A stretch of 64,000 bases of DNA from Camelus dromedarius. Taxonomy: Eukaryota. The notes below the pieces were generated by a model. That model was not told the origin of the DNA and did not search any database. It saw nothing but the letters and a program-made list of their open reading frames with translations. This document shows, in pieces, positions 1 through 14,064 of this stretch. The position numbers and the translations under genes were made by a program. The stretch lies in the NCBI RefSeq assembly GCF_036321535.1, contig NC_087437.1, positions 62,684,001 through 62,748,000 on the forward strand. The letters are read 5' to 3'. How positions within the stretch are numbered: the first letter of the stretch is position 1; each line of letters starts with the position of its first letter.

Positions 1-300
1 TGTTTATTTTAGAAAAATTAGGAAATACAGATTTAAAAAGAGGGGGAAAGGCTCCATGATGCCATCGTGCAGCAGTTACCGTGAAGAGTCTGGAATATAT
101 CCTTTCAGACTTCATAGAAACACATTTTTTCTTACAAAAAGTGGATCCCACTGTGTATAATGCAAGTTGTGGTCTTTTTCACCCTAACAGTTTATTGTAA
201 ACACTTTTCTCGTCCATAAATACAGAAGTACATCATCGTTGTTTAAAGGCGCTACCTCAGGGCTGGATTTGCCATAATTTATTTAGCCAATCTCTGTATT
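1..300 (-). mobile_element. Ancient L1M(E)-type 3' fragment
   Basis: Degraded L1 antisense 3'-end phrasing (ccataatttatttagccaatct); family judged by eye. Confidence 0.45.
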
Positions 301-325
301 CTCAATTCTATCATTTTTAACTCAC

Positions 326-353
326 CTTCTTGGATGAAATTTGGATTTAAGAT
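326..353 (-). CDS. KALRN: KALRN micro-exon, 28 nt: ILNPNFIQE(V)
   Basis: Acceptor tttttcag|ATC, donor AAG|gtgagt; matches the recalled sequence preceding the Ig domain. Confidence 0.93.
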
Positions 354-1269
354 CTGAAAAACACAAAGAAACAGAAAATTGCTTAAAGCCTAAACTACTA
401 CAAGAGAACAAGAGGCATACCCTATTGAGTAAAAAAAGCACAATTTGGGGAGAGAAGCCTGGAGCCCAGGCTCTGTCGTTTGAGATTGTATCACTATTGC
501 AGTAACAAGGGCACCTGGTTTACTTTCTTGTCTGCTAACTATTCACATTGAACTCTGGGCAGCCGAGGTCCCAGGCAGGTTTACTGTGTCTTTCTGGCCT
601 CCATCACCTCACCTGCTCTTCCTCCCTACCACAGGCACAAAAACCCATTCCCCACCATCCCCTCCCCGCCCCCTGTGCCCCACCTCAATATGCCCTCAAA
701 AACCTTGAGGGCATTGATTCTTCCCAGCATCAGGAATTTTCAAAACAGAGGAACTGGCATCTATCAAACTGGAAGGGTCGTGGACATGAACAAACCCAGG
801 GGTTTCGTTTCAGAGCTTGTCTGGTTGAAGGGGAAAGAGAGAAGTGTCCCACCTGACCCACCCCGGTCCATCTGGTCCCTAGCACTCCTCCCATTGCCCA
901 GGCCTCCAGAAGGCAACTTAAAAACCACTGCCCTGATGGTTCTGGCCCTATTGGCCACATGGGTGAAACGACGGAGACTTGGGCCAACCGTGTGACTTGT
1001 CTGGTCATGTGACTGGTTGGCGGGGACCGCGGGAGCTCTTTGCACACACAGAGCTGCCTGCCTTGGGATACCACGGATCTTCCAGGCGACAACCCGTTAC
1101 CTCTTCTTGAGAGGATGGTCACCTTGATTTTCTTCCCATTTTGGCCTGACCTCTAATTCTACAGTCTGGGTCGTAAATCTGAGCGGGGTGAACAAAACCT
1201 GGGCTCAGGAGGAGGAGAGGCTGGGGCTTATTATCTCTTTTGTTCAATGTGGTTTTCTCCTAATTAGTT

Positions 1270-1400
1270 AAAAACTACTATCGGCATTCTCCTTCACGAT
1301 AAAATGGGGATAAATAATCCCTAGTGCAAAGTGTTATCACAAAGATTAAATGCAATAATGTATGTTAAACAGTGCTTGGCAAAGAATGAGTCTTCCACGA
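1270..1400 (+). mobile_element. MIR SINE fragment
   Basis: Core taaaatggggataaataatcc...gattaaatgcaataatgtatgt...cagtgcttggca. Confidence 0.7.
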
Positions 1401-1835
1401 CTAGTTAAATAAAGATGACCTACTTCTAATCTCCCTTTTGCTAAGAGGCCCACTGTGGCAGTGGTTTATCTCAATAGTTTATCTTGCAAAAGCCTTCTTT
1501 TCTTCATAATGAAGCCAGAAGGTCTCCTTGTGCCTTCCCTGTTGGGGCACTCACGTTTCTCTCTGATTTACCCATGCAAACTTGGTTTCTGTGTGGGTTT
1601 TCCCTTCTACAGGCAACCATATGAGCACTTTGGAAAAAAGATATTATTTCTTCTTTTGAGTTCCCCTCTGCAAACCGACCGCCCACATCTACCACCAAGG
1701 TTTTTCACAGAGCGAATTGCAGAAAACTCTTGCAACGCCAAGTCCTGGGGCTGAGTGTCTCAAGACTGACCACCGCAGAGCCCTCTGCTAGTTTCAAAAG
1801 GTCACTCACACCTCTGCCCCCGCTTACTTTTAAAT

Positions 1836-2004
1836 CAGTGGTTCTCAATCCTTGACCCAGGTGGCTTAAAAAACACAGTAACAAGCCAATGCCTGGGCCT
1901 CATGCCTAGAAATTGTTTTAATTGGTGTGAAGTGAGGTTGAAATCAGGAAGTTTGAAAGCCGCCTCAGGTGAATCAACACACAGCCTAGTTTGAGGAAAG
2001 CTGC
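1836..2004. mobile_element. MER5-like hAT-Charlie DNA transposon relic
   Basis: Starts cagtggttctcaa, ends agtttgaggaaagctg; internal ctgggcc...cctagaaatt...caggtga. Confidence 0.7.
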
Positions 2005-2639
2005 TGAAAATGCCCCTCTATCCAATGGAACTGATCTTAGATAAACCCACTTCCTGCCCCTGAGGCTTCTCTGGAATGGAGCAGGGGAAGCCTGGGGCAT
2101 TTGGTAAAAGCCACTGCTTTGTCCACATCTTACAAACTCCCTCTCTGTGAGGAGCCCCTGGGCAGTGGCAGAGGGAGAAGGAGTGGTTCCAGTTGAACAA
2201 TTAAATAAACCACCAGCACGCAAGGCGGGCATGGCAGGCAGCACGGCCTCCCTTGCAGGGGAAGCTGGGGAAGCCAGGAATTGATCCACCTGGTTTAGGT
2301 GAGTCAGGAGAATGACATTGAACTAGTCGTTTCATATGCAAAGAAAAGGAAACCAGGAATATTTCCCAGACGTTAATAGTGGTTTTCTCAGGGTGATGGG
2401 ATGAAGGGTGGCTGTCCCCCTCATTCAAAAAGCATTGTCTTCTCTAGGCTGGTGTAAGGTTTTCTAGATACAGAGATGCTAAGACAAAGGTCCTGACCTC
2501 AGGATTTATAAAACAACTGAATGCTGCGTGATTTTTTTTTCCTTTTTCTTCTTACCTGAGTTTTCCAAATATTCTGCAGTCAGTATGTTTCACTTTTGTA
2601 ATTATTTTTTTTAATAGAAAAAAGGTGCAGTTAGAGCTA

Positions 2640-2755
2640 TTAGACTGTAGCTTCCTCGAGGACAGGATCTGTTTGTTATTCAGCTTTGTAACTCAGGTCT
2701 CTAGCCCCTGGTCTGCCTCGTAACGGGCATTTAATTCGTGTTGGTTGAATGAATA
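2640..2755 (+). mobile_element. L2 3' end
   Basis: tagactgtagcttcctcgaggacagg...tgttggttgaatgaat. Confidence 0.65.
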
Positions 2756-5700
2756 TTTGACCTATGTCCTCATTTCAGATTCATACACAGAATCCGGAAA
2801 AGATCTATAAAATAATTACTTCTGGGTATATTACTAATCATATTTGACTAAAGACTGTTTGCAAACACAGTGGAATGCAAACTTTTTGGAAAATGATTTA
2901 AAAACCATAAAATCCATAGCCTCTGAGGGAGGAGGTTCCTAGTGGGGTGTGGCGCTGGAGGGATGGTAAACTCTGGGAGCAGCAGAGCACATAGTATCCA
3001 GACCCTAAGCCAGACGTGATCTCTTGCCTTGAACAACATTCCCAAGCAGCTTAGGCCCTGGTTTTATCTGTAAAGTGGGGACAGTAATGCCCACCCGGAA
3101 AGCTGTTTGACAGAAGGAATTAATCTATTTGATGATTTTTTGAGCCGACCCTGCTAGGTGGTGGCTGGCGTCCAGCCGGGAGTGAGGCAGAATGCTGACT
3201 GTCCTCAGTGGGCCAGCAGTCCAGTGGGGAAGATGGAATTCAGTGACATCTCCGTGCCCAGGACGGTGCCCGGCTGATGTTAATAACCAGCTTCAGCAAA
3301 CATGAAGGACTGCCCTCTCCCTCGTCCTACTCCTGCTCAATCAGAGGGACTCCAGGGTTAAAAAGAGTTGGGGATGTGGCCAGATCTGTATTTCCCATCT
3401 TGATGGGACTCCACAAGGGAGCACTGAGTCCACACCAGGAGTCTCAGTGAGGAGATGGATGACAAATGGAAGAGACAAATAGCAGTCTCCTACATTATAA
3501 ACATGTAGTGGGCTGTCATAAACCTGCACTGTGGCAGTACTTTTATAAATGCCCCCAGCTGCTGCTTAGAGAATTCTTGCCTTATTTTTCTTTCTCATCA
3601 CAACTCCACTGGTGATGTCTGTTATTGAACACAGGCACCATTTAAAAAGAAAATCTTCCTAGTTTGGGTGTAGACCTTAGTGGGGACCTTGGAGAGAAAG
3701 GCTGTCCATATGGCTTAACTACAGGTTCTCCATCTAGAAGAGGCTAGTGGGAAGCACCCATCTTCACACCTCTGCGGCTCGGCCGGCCCAGGTGTTGCTG
3801 ATAAGAGTAATACCATCTCTGATTTGTTTACGTTATATAGTTGGCACAAACTACTCATAAATTCCTTCATTTGCTCCTTCAGAACTCTGGAGGAAGTGCT
3901 GAGCAGGTGTTATTTATTCCTACTTCCAGAGGCAACAGGGAAGTAAGTGTAAGATCACGGGGACAGTGACAGAGGACTGGCTCTGAGCCCTCCTTCCACC
4001 TCAGCATTCAGTGCTGAGGCCAGATCTTGGGAAAAGCATCGTGAAACTGTCATCAATGTCAAAGTTCTGCCTGCTGACCTGTCCTCCCCAGCCTTGCTCC
4101 CCATCACGGGAGTCCTCCTCTTTCCTCCAGCAAGGACCAAGAGCCTGGGAATATCCACACTAATGTTTCTCTAACTGTGACTCTGAATTATGCCCATAGG
4201 AGATTCCGCCCTCATTTTTTTCTCTTTCTCCTTTGAAGCAAATCAGAGTATGACGTGGAGGAGGGTCATGACGACCTTCTCACACGGTGTCTTTATATTT
4301 GTCTATGGCTCCCTATGGACTCGAAGGCCCATGCGGGCAAGGGCCACGTTTCGTTCACTGTCATTGCTGCAGAGCCTAGCACAGTACTTGGCACATATGT
4401 GCTCCACTGATACTTGTCAATCAATGAAAATGTAAAATGGTGGAGGTTCTAATTTGGGAGAGAAGAGTTGAGAAAATGCCTTGCCGTGGACTTGCAGTGT
4501 TCTCCTATTTCCATTAATCTGGAATGCGACTTGTTCTGGACTCTCACTGGTCCGTCAGGGTCTGAGATTTAGCCAAGAGTGATCCTCACCTCCTCTCTGC
4601 TCTTTCAGAGGCTGGTACCCGTGGCTCTGGTCAGTGCTGCCAGCTATCACAACATCGTCTCCCTGCATGTTGACTGCCCTACTGGACTTGTGAACCCTTT
4701 GAAGATAGTAACCTGTTTATGGGGTCTATGTACCACCTGCCATATTGCTTAACATAGCACCTTGCACATAGCAGAAGATCAGATAGTATTTGTTAAGTCA
4801 AATTAACCGAGGTCACTCCATGAGTCGACTAGAATTTAGGTCTGACCACCTTGTCTGGTGTGTGCGGGGACCTGGGGTATCAGCCTGGGCCCTGAAGGGT
4901 TAATCATAAGCTGTACATATTTCTTGAAACCCAATGTTTTCCTTCCTTAGAACCAGTTTGGGGGCCCGTGTAGAGGCCTGGGCGGGAAAAAGGAGAGATC
5001 TGGAATCCGAAATGGAAGCGGCTGAGGAAGAAAGATAACGTCGTTCTCTCTCTGGGAGACCCGCGTACAGGGAGGAGGAGGCTGGTATACACAGTGTGGG
5101 AAAGAGCTGCTTAGGAATCTGGTTTTATTTGAACAGCAGAGGGCGGCAGGTGGTAGAGCATCCTCCCAGAGCCGGCACAACACAGTCCAGCAGCAACTTG
5201 GTTCTTCCTTCTCGAGAGAGTTCCAGCCATTTTCTTGATTTTTCTTTAAAATAGGAGGGCAGTGCCATAACAGGAAAGAATTACAGGTAAAATCAACCAG
5301 CAATGAACAACATGCTGAGCTCTGAGGAAATCTTGAGTCTATTTTTCTTGCCAGTCAGGGTCCAAGATTCTGACTCCACGACCTGAGAGTGAGGATGAAA
5401 TCCTCATCTGCCTAGAAAACCAGGCGCCAGAACTCACTCCAGAAGGAAAATACCTGCTTTTTTCTAAATCCCGCATCACCAGTCACAAAACACAGTTCAA
5501 AACTACATACCGAGGATGCTGAAGGAATAAAAATGGTCAAACAAAACTCCAATCAAAAGTCCTAAACTTGACTCAGAGCTGTCTTGAATGAAGCAAAATT
5601 TCTATACTCTGCCTCCTCTTCCTAGTCTCTTTGTGCTTGTTTCATGTGAATCCATGTTCAGAGGAGGAAGGAAAGGGATTTTAGATGATTTTAGGTGATG

Positions 5701-5984
5701 AGATTTGGTAATAAAATGAACAGATACCAGACAAACAATTTCTAAAAACTGAGGTATGATTTCTGGTTTGGAGGTTTAACCCTTCGTGTTTTCAATCTGG
5801 CCAAACCAGATATGATTTTCTAACTTTTTAGAAAACATTTCTCTAAAAATTTGGAAAATATTCCAACCTCTGCTCATCTCTAAGAGGACATAAAACAAGC
5901 TGCAAATAAACAAACAAAAAAACCCCAAAAAACAAAAAAAACCCCACACAAACGCAACAATCCCAAAAAGCAATAGAATGCTCT

Positions 5985-6340
5985 TTTTGAACCAGTTCCT
6001 TACCTCCCAAGTATTTTCTTTATCATTAAGCTCTAAGTATTTTTTCTTCAACCATAATTTTTTCTTTGACCCAACTGTAATAGAAATGTTTTAAAATTTA
6101 CAAATGTATGAAATTAAAAAAAAATTATCTTCTTACTATTGATTTCCAACTTAACCTCATTGTGGTTGGAGAACTTGGTCTATAAGACACTGATTCCTTG
6201 ATTTTTGTTGGCTCTGGCTTAAAGAGTAAAACACGGTCAATTTTTGTAAAAAGTCCCGTGTGTCCCTGAGAAGAACGCAGAGACACCAGTTGTTGGGTAT
6301 AGTTCTCTATGAATGCCTGTGTGTCAAGCACATTGTTTTA
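5985..6340 (-). mobile_element. Old L1 ORF2 fragment (endonuclease C-terminal region)
   Basis: Minus-frame peptides GLFTKIDRVL and KKYLELNDKENT resemble L1 ORF2 (GTFSKIDHIL, KKYLETNEN). Confidence 0.7.
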
Positions 6341-9300
6341 TGGGGATTTCTAGTCCAAATCTCTCTCCTATCTCTCCTTGGTATTTTGCTTAGACAACAT
6401 TAAGAATGTCCTCAAAAATAAAAGGACAAAAATATGACTTTCAACAGAATAATGAAAAAAATCTACCACCTCTCCCACAAATAGTTGAGAGGAAAGGAAC
6501 TGAAAGGTGGTTTGCTGCTGTGCACGCATTGGCCTCACGGTGGGGGAGCTCAGCCCACGAGAAGCCTGTCAGGAGAGGGGCTGGGGTTGCAGGGTGGGAC
6601 GGTGCGGTGGTGGTGTTCTGCCTTCCCTTCTGCAACTCCCCTTTCCAACTTGGAAGCCAAGATCTTGACTTTGGATAAAGACTTTAGGGAATGAATATGC
6701 TGGGGTCTCATCCCTTAATGATTGACCTTGATCATATCCCTATTCCCCAAACTTCTCTTACTGAGTGAACCAGCCTCCCAGAGTCTGTGGACCCACAACA
6801 GGTCAAACTTTGCCCCGAGGACATGGGAGAGGGGAAGGCTGATTCCGGGGAACTCCCACACCCGACGGTGCTCCCCTGACATCCCGGGCAGCACTCAGCC
6901 GCTTTCACTGCTGCTTCTTCCTGTTCCTTCTAGGCCTCTCACTAGCACTCATTCCTCTCCCTGGCCGGGCCATCAGGCATTTTCCACCTTTCACTAGGTC
7001 CTCTGCAACCGCGCTCCAACAGGCCTGCCCGTCCCCACTGTTCTTAGTTAGGTGCCAGTTATCTTCCTAAAGTACAGAATGAATCCCCCGGACTCTGCCT
7101 AACAACCTTCCACTGCTCCTCACTGTCCACTGGGTCAAGTCCAGGCTTCCTAGCAAGTCCCCTGAGGCCTTCAGAGTCTGGTTCCAACTCACCTGCCAGG
7201 CTCTGTCTCCTACAACTCTTCCCACATACACCCAGGTCCCCAGACCGAATTCTCTTCTCAAGATGTGCCAGGCATTTTCATATCCCAGGGCCTTTGCTCA
7301 AGCCCCTTCCTCACCCTTACCCTTCTCCAAGATGGTTTACATCCTATTAGTCCATCCAACCCTAACCCTGCCATCGTGTGAAGCCAGTGACCATGCTCAC
7401 AGGCATCCTGGGAGACAGGTTGTGAATGCACAACCGTGGGAAGTTCCTTAACCGCTTTGTGCTCTCTCAGCTGTCAGACAAAAATAATCATAACAGTACC
7501 TATGTCATGATGCTGTTGGGAGGAAAGAATTCAGTACGGAGCCAGGTACACAGGAGAGACTGAGAGAGTAGCTACTACTATTACCCCAGTGCCTGAGTGG
7601 GTGTTTAAATACCCACTGAACAAATACATGAATGCTCCTGCCTCTATTAGAGCACGTTTTGAAATCCGCTATATAACATAGGCATTTAATCAAAACTGCT
7701 TACAGTCACATGGAGGGACGTGATCTCACATAATCTGTTGGCCCTTTATAGTATTCACTGTGATACTGTGTTAACCAACTTTTGTTAACTTGAATTTACT
7801 AGGAAATCACGTTGAGTGAGTCTGTAGGTGAACCCTGATGCCGTGGGGTGTGGGAAAGGGAGGCGGTAGCCTTTGCTCCTCTCAGAGCTGGTTCTCAGAG
7901 CAACTTCTCCCAGGTCAGTGGCACCTTGTAATCTTATTAGTGAGTGACACACATGAAATGGGCTAGGCCTCCAGAGGGTGAGGGTGCCATTGGACACGCA
8001 TGGCTAGGTGACTGTGCTGGCCTGAGAAACCAGTGCAGACATTTCCAGCCCTTGAAACTGGACCTCTTTCTTGGCTTCTGTGGCTGGACTCCTGAGTCAC
8101 TGGGAAAGGGTGTGGGTGAGGCCAGATAATCACCCCAACTGTCAAGAGATTAAAAAAGTTGTTGAGGAAGAAATTCTCCTCCAACAAGCAGATGTGCAAC
8201 AAGGAAGGGCCTGAACCTGACCGTCCTTAAGAAAGTACCTGGGCCTCACGTGGGGAGCAGACTTCCTATCATGTGCCAAGTTCGGCTCTCTACCCAGGAG
8301 AGCAAAATCTTTGGCCATCACACCTTAGCTCTGCACCATAACCAAGACCTGCTCTTTTTATTTGTTGCATGACCATGACCTCTCTGAACCTCTTCCCTCC
8401 AGGAGGGTAAGAAAACCTCATCTTCCCCAAGTGGTTGGAAGAAATAGAAACCATAACAGATGTGACCACGCAGTAGAAGACCTTGTAATTAATTCTCCTG
8501 GGAGAGAGAAACCCCAGCTCCATCTAGCTAAATGCCCTCCTCCCAGTGGCAGAATATAAATCAATCTGCATGGAGAGTTAGAACAAAGCTAGGAAAAAAG
8601 GTGAGTCTTTGGGCCAAACCTATCAGATCTATTACAAGGAAAATATTTTGTAAAAATAAAACGGGAGGAATGTGAGGCTCCACTTTCTTTTCTCCAGAGT
8701 TCTTTTCATAAAAAAAAATTCTTTTTATAAAATGCAGAAACAGGCACTGATGGAAACACACTGCTGATGCCAGGAGGTCAGTCACCTGACTAGGGGCATA
8801 AAAATTTCCTTCAATCTGTCTGGCCAGGTTATTTTGAAGCTCTGAATCTGGGACAAGGAGCCAAGGCGGCTGAGGAGGGAGCAGCAGGCTTGCTCTTTGA
8901 AGATATGGAAGCTGTGGCTAGGGAACTATGGGTTTGGGGAGGGAAGGAAGGGTCAGCTCTGGACACTCAAACCCTTTCCAGAGCCAGGAGTGGGCACTCC
9001 AGCTGGGTCTCAGGGGGAAATGCTCCCAGGCCATTCCTGCCATACCCCCGGCAAAGCAAGTTTCAGGAGCAAAAGCACCTCCCCTTCTGTTGGGGTCTGT
9101 TTTCAGAGTCAGCAGTTCGGGAGAGGGAAGTCTTTGGATATCACACTTTAGCTCTGCATGGGGCTCATAGGGCTCACACCAATTACATAAACGCCTGTGC
9201 CCTCGCCCTCAGAGCTGTGCCGCCTCCCACAGAAAACCGAGGCTCAGAAAGCCTGACTGGCCTGAGGCCTCACAGCTGACTGTCTCCAGACTGGAGTCCA

Positions 9301-9689
9301 GGTTTTCTAGCTCCCGTTCCAGGGTTCTTTCCATGTGATACTGCCTTTGTGTGATTTTTAAGTCATACTTTAGCCTTGGAGAGCTGGGAGGGGCAGGAAA
9401 GATATTCCTCTTTGTTGAGCTGGAAAATTGAATAACAAATTCAAGCAGAAAAAGTGGTACCAGAAGGCAGGCCTTCTTGTCTGCCAGGATCTGTGTTTTA
9501 GATGAAAAATAACCTGGAAATGGGGGCTCCAAGAGGGGAGCAGAATATGGTATAGGTGGGGGGACAAGGGCCAGGGAAAACCAGACACTGCCTGCAGGGC
9601 ACCTGCTCGTTTTCAAACAGAACAGTACAACTTCCTCTGCCTCAGTTTCTCCTCCTAGTCTCCAAAGAGGTGAGAGGGATGGAGAACAA

Positions 9690-9860
9690 AGGAGAGCTGT
9701 TGCGTAGTGGGTACAGTTTCAGTTTGGGATGATGAAGCAGTCCTGGAAGTGAGCGATGGGGATGGTTGTGCAGCATGGTGAAAGTACTTAAAGCCACTTA
9801 AAAAAGGTTCAATGGCAAATTTTATGTCATGTATATTTCACAATAAAAAAATAAATAAAT
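9690..9860 (+). mobile_element. L1MB-like 3' end
   Basis: gggtacagtttcagtttgggatgatgaa...gatggttgtgcagcatggtga...aattttatgtcatgtatatttcacaataaaaaa. Confidence 0.75.
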
Positions 9861-12800
9861 GAAGGGGGATAGGGTTAACTAACAATTTCTAAGTTTGTCA
9901 ATGATTCTTACACTAATTGGAAACTTCCTTCCAAATTAGCTTCACTGTTTCAAATATTTTTTCTCCCACAGGATCCTAACCCCGTTTTTACCACAGAAAG
10001 CAACCCCCTGAGCTAAATATCTGGTGGCCGGCATTATGATCGCACTTAGTCTGTGTCATGGATAAGGCGGGCCCCGAGTTAAATGGCTGAGGCAGAGACG
10101 TAGTCTTTTTGGAATCATGACAACCTCTTACTCTGATGGATTGACCATCTCTGCTACAAGTATTCAGGAAAAAAAATTAAGATGCTTTAATTCATTGGCC
10201 TTGACATGAAAGCTGGGTTGAGACAGTCTTTGTCCCTGAAGACAGAGGCCCGAGTCTGGGAGGGTGGTTCAGGCCTTCCGACGCCAGCATATGATGCAGC
10301 CAAGTGTCAGTGCTGGGGTTGGAGGGTAGGTGCCCAAACCCAAGCACTGACAGTCTTCAGACAACTTTTCAGAGGTGGCACAGATGTGGGAACCTGTGTG
10401 TCCTGGGTCCCAGGAGAAACCCAGACTTTTCAGAGGCGGGAGTTAGCTAAGCAGGCAGATGCTGGGCCTCGAGCCGGGACCCTGGCTCCAGCCTGGTGTC
10501 AGTGCAGACACTGGGCAGGGGCAGGGTGAGAAGCTGGTAGGTGGGTATGTGGTGCCAGCCTATCATCACGCCTGCCCACCTTGTCCTAGAAGGCAATCAG
10601 CAGTCTAAGCTCTATGGGAAAAAATGAATAGTCACTTGTTCCCAAGAGAGCCTAGTGTTTGCTTTTCAGCCTGATTTGACTCTTCTTCCATGTATAGACA
10701 CTTCTCTTATACACACTACCCCCTCCACTCTGCCCCTCGAAGTGTCATCAGTGCAAGGTTAAGAAGGAAGCTCAACTAGGGGCAGATTCTCGTCATTTTT
10801 AGAACAGTTCCCTCGAGGTATGCTTACGGATCAGCAGGAGGGAAGGGGGGTGGCAGGCCACGATGGGATCGCATAGACCCGGAGACAGTCTTGCGGGGCT
10901 GCTGGCGTGGCTTGCGGTGCTGGGAGTGGGAGGTGGGTTTGTATTTGAGAGTATTCACAAGCGTGTCTCTACAGGGGCAGAAAAAGGATGTTCACATTAG
11001 AGCAGAATGGCCTCCCTTTACATAACTAGGTGTTCTCGGAAAGCTGTGTAAATTGGATTCCAAGGATCCAAGGTGCTTTATTTTCCTCTTAATTAGCTTT
11101 GAAGGATGTGCCTACAGATGTACCTAAAGCAATACGTTAGGAATATGCCAGCCCTGAGAGTATCAAGCAGCTGGTGTGTGAGCAAAGACCCTGGGGAAAC
11201 TGCTTCTTAAAGGAACCCTTTAATCTACCAATTGAGAATAAGTAAAGAGTGCTTTGGCAGTGATGCTCGTGTAGAGGCCAGAGATAAGAGCCCATACACC
11301 TGTAGGCTGGGAGCCAACATACTGGCATCAGGTCAAGGGCAGGCATTTGGCAGGGCAGGACTCAGCATTCAGAGATCTAACACTGACAGTGCTTGGGGTG
11401 CGTGGCCGGGATGTCCGCTGGGATCCCAGCCCCAGTGGCTCTTAGCACAGGCCAAGGGAGTTGCTGTTCAGCTCAGCAGTGCACAGAGACATGCTCCCAA
11501 TGAGACACCACCTATCCCAGTCATCAGGCTCAAAGACAGGAGTGGGGCTAGGGGGCCAGGCTGGGCCTCGTAAAGATGCCCAAAGCTATCAATTTAGCAG
11601 CAAGCATCCTTTATGAGGTGGCTGGCCACCTATTTCTCAAACTGGGTCTTTAAGGAATAGCTCTTTTCAGTAGGCATTCCCAGCCATTTTCTTCTGCGGT
11701 GGACACTGCAAGAAAGTTCTACCTACCTATCCCTTGAGAAAGTTCTCAAATCACATTGAACGGGTTATCTTATCTGTTATCTGTGTCTGAAAATACTAAG
11801 CCAGCAGGGCCAAGATGCCTGCTTTCCCTCAGCACCTGCATATGTGCTCCAAGTTAATTTCAGCATGGCAACACAGTTCAGAAGAGCTCATGGATCCTTA
11901 GAAGGATCCGTATGGAATATACAAGGGCTGCAGGCATGCCTGCTGCAGGGACCTTGGCTTAACTAGAATATCTGCAGCTTCCAACCATATGCCTCCTCAA
12001 GAGTTCCAGTTCTGCCTCAAAGACTGTATTTGAAAACCTTTTGAAATGCATCAACGTCATTTTTGACTTCACTCTATTCAGCATTGCCATCTTAATACCT
12101 TTCCTTATGCACCCATAGCATCTCTCTGGACCCATGTGACTCAGCCCATGCAGAGGGCTGCAAGCCTTGGAGGAATGAGAATACCAGAAATGCGTGCAAT
12201 TCACAAATCAGGGCTAAGACGCGTGCGCACGCCCATGCAGAAGCTTTTGCTTATCTAAGAGTAGAATGGAACACTGGATTACATCAGTTAACCCTCTCAG
12301 TGTCTGTTGCTCTCACCTGGCCCCACATTCCCCTGTGACCAATTTTTCCTTTAAAGAGCAGAGTGGGAAAGTCTCCCTAGTCCACCAGAGCTGAAAAAAT
12401 GTCCCAAATTGCCTTCTGGAACACAGATACCCGGCTTTGCCCCTCCCTCTGCCTGGCCTTCCTCTATGTATTTGCAGATGACATTTTCAATACATGCCTG
12501 CAACACTTAGGTCTGGAGATACAGGTGCCATGAGGCATCTACAAGCTGTCAGGTGTGGGCTCCATGACAGCTGGTGCCTATCCTATGAAAAGCAAGGAAA
12601 GCAGAGCCAGAAATGTCCCCCACCTTCCTCATTCTCTAAGATACATTTAGGCTACAAACGCCATATCTGCTTCTTCCCACAGGGGAGCACTGCACTGACC
12701 TACACCTGCCAGATTTAGCTCTGTGGCAATACCCACATCCCCAGGGAACTGATCTATCTTGGCAGAACTCCTACTTGCAACCACTTGTCTCTGGCCTGAT

Positions 12801-14004
12801 TCAACTCAACTGTTGTCTTCCATAGCGACTTACCCCTTCTTGAGCCACATGGTCTTCCTTGGGTTTTGTGGTGGTTGTCATAATACGGTGGTAGGTTTTT
12901 TTGGGATTAGGTCAAGTTAGAATAATAATAATAAAGGTACATCTAGTTAAGTGGAAAGCATAGAGCTATAAAAATGAACAGGTTTAAAAAAAAATCTCCA
13001 TTTTGTGCATAGAGGAAATCTCTAAACTTCTATCCATTATTAGGGATGTGGGCACAGATTTGGAGAAAGACATTTCAATTTAGTCTGAAGGACAAAATGA
13101 CAGGGAAAGCCAGCTCCACGTTTGCTCCAATTCTCTAGGGCTTGTAAATTGATGATGCTTGTCACTCAGTGGCAAGCCATGTAAGAGTCCTGTTTCTACA
13201 CCTCCCAACAGTCCCCAGCCTAGAAGGAGTTGGAAGTTAATTCGATATTCTTGTTGTTGGAGGTGTTGGTTCTGCTCCCACATCCCTGTAACCCTAGAGT
13301 ATGAGAAAGGCCCCTGGGCAGCGTCTCAGCCTCCAGGACTCTCTTGAGGTCTTTGCCAGGCCTCCACGAGGGACGCTGTTCCCAGGGCTCTTTCCCTTCA
13401 CGGCAGGCACAGCCGGGCCCAGGAGCCCCGGGGGCTGGGCAAAGGCGGGTTCTGGAGTTGCTGCAATAGCTCCTCATTTACTATTGGCCAGCTACACACA
13501 GCGCCCAGGGGCCAGGTCATCCAACAAATGGACGGAAGCAATGACTTTGCTGGAGCCTTGAGGGAGGACTAGGTCCCAGCAGAACATAAAGGAGAAAGAA
13601 AAAAGATGAAAAGGGAGGAGAGAGAAACTAAAACGAATGGGTTCTTATCTTTAGCTGGGAACCAACCACTCTTTAGCAAGCTGTTCTCCATGCAGAAATG
13701 TGTTTCCAGTTACGAAGCTGGAGATTTTCTACATGAAGTCAAATTCGCCAAAGAAGAAAATATTATGCGAGCACTCGAGAGAACCAGAAGCTTGGAAAAA
13801 GATATCTAGGTAGAGTTTTCTATCAAAATCAAACTGAATTATTTCGTTTTGTTTTGTCTTGGTTTTTAAGTGGGATGGGACACCCAGAGGTGCCCTCACG
13901 TCACAATTTATCCTTGACTGGCTGGTCACTTTAGCAAGGCCACTGTTACAGAACACACCAGAAAAGACAATCATTGTAGGAAAGAGGACAATAGCTGCTT
14001 CTAC

Positions 14005-14064
14005 CTCCATGCTAGTATTAGGGTCAAGATCATCACACTCTGACTCCTCGGAACTGTTCGTCTC
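14005..14064 (-). CDS. KALRN: KALRN exon, 60 nt, symmetric: ETNSSEESECDDLDPNTSME
   Basis: Acceptor catcaag|GAG, donor GAG|gtagaa (both weak); inside ORF 13729..14079. Confidence 0.93.

Noticed and set aside
4947..5243. Possible alternative last exon (aag|KNQENGWNSLEKEEP..., 98 codons in phase 0)
   Set aside because: Weak AAG acceptor, no recognisable homology, and the AATAAA lies inside the ORF rather than after the stop.
548..13809. Many short ORFs on both strands in the long intron
   Set aside because: No recognisable domains, splice support or processed-pseudogene hallmarks; expected background.
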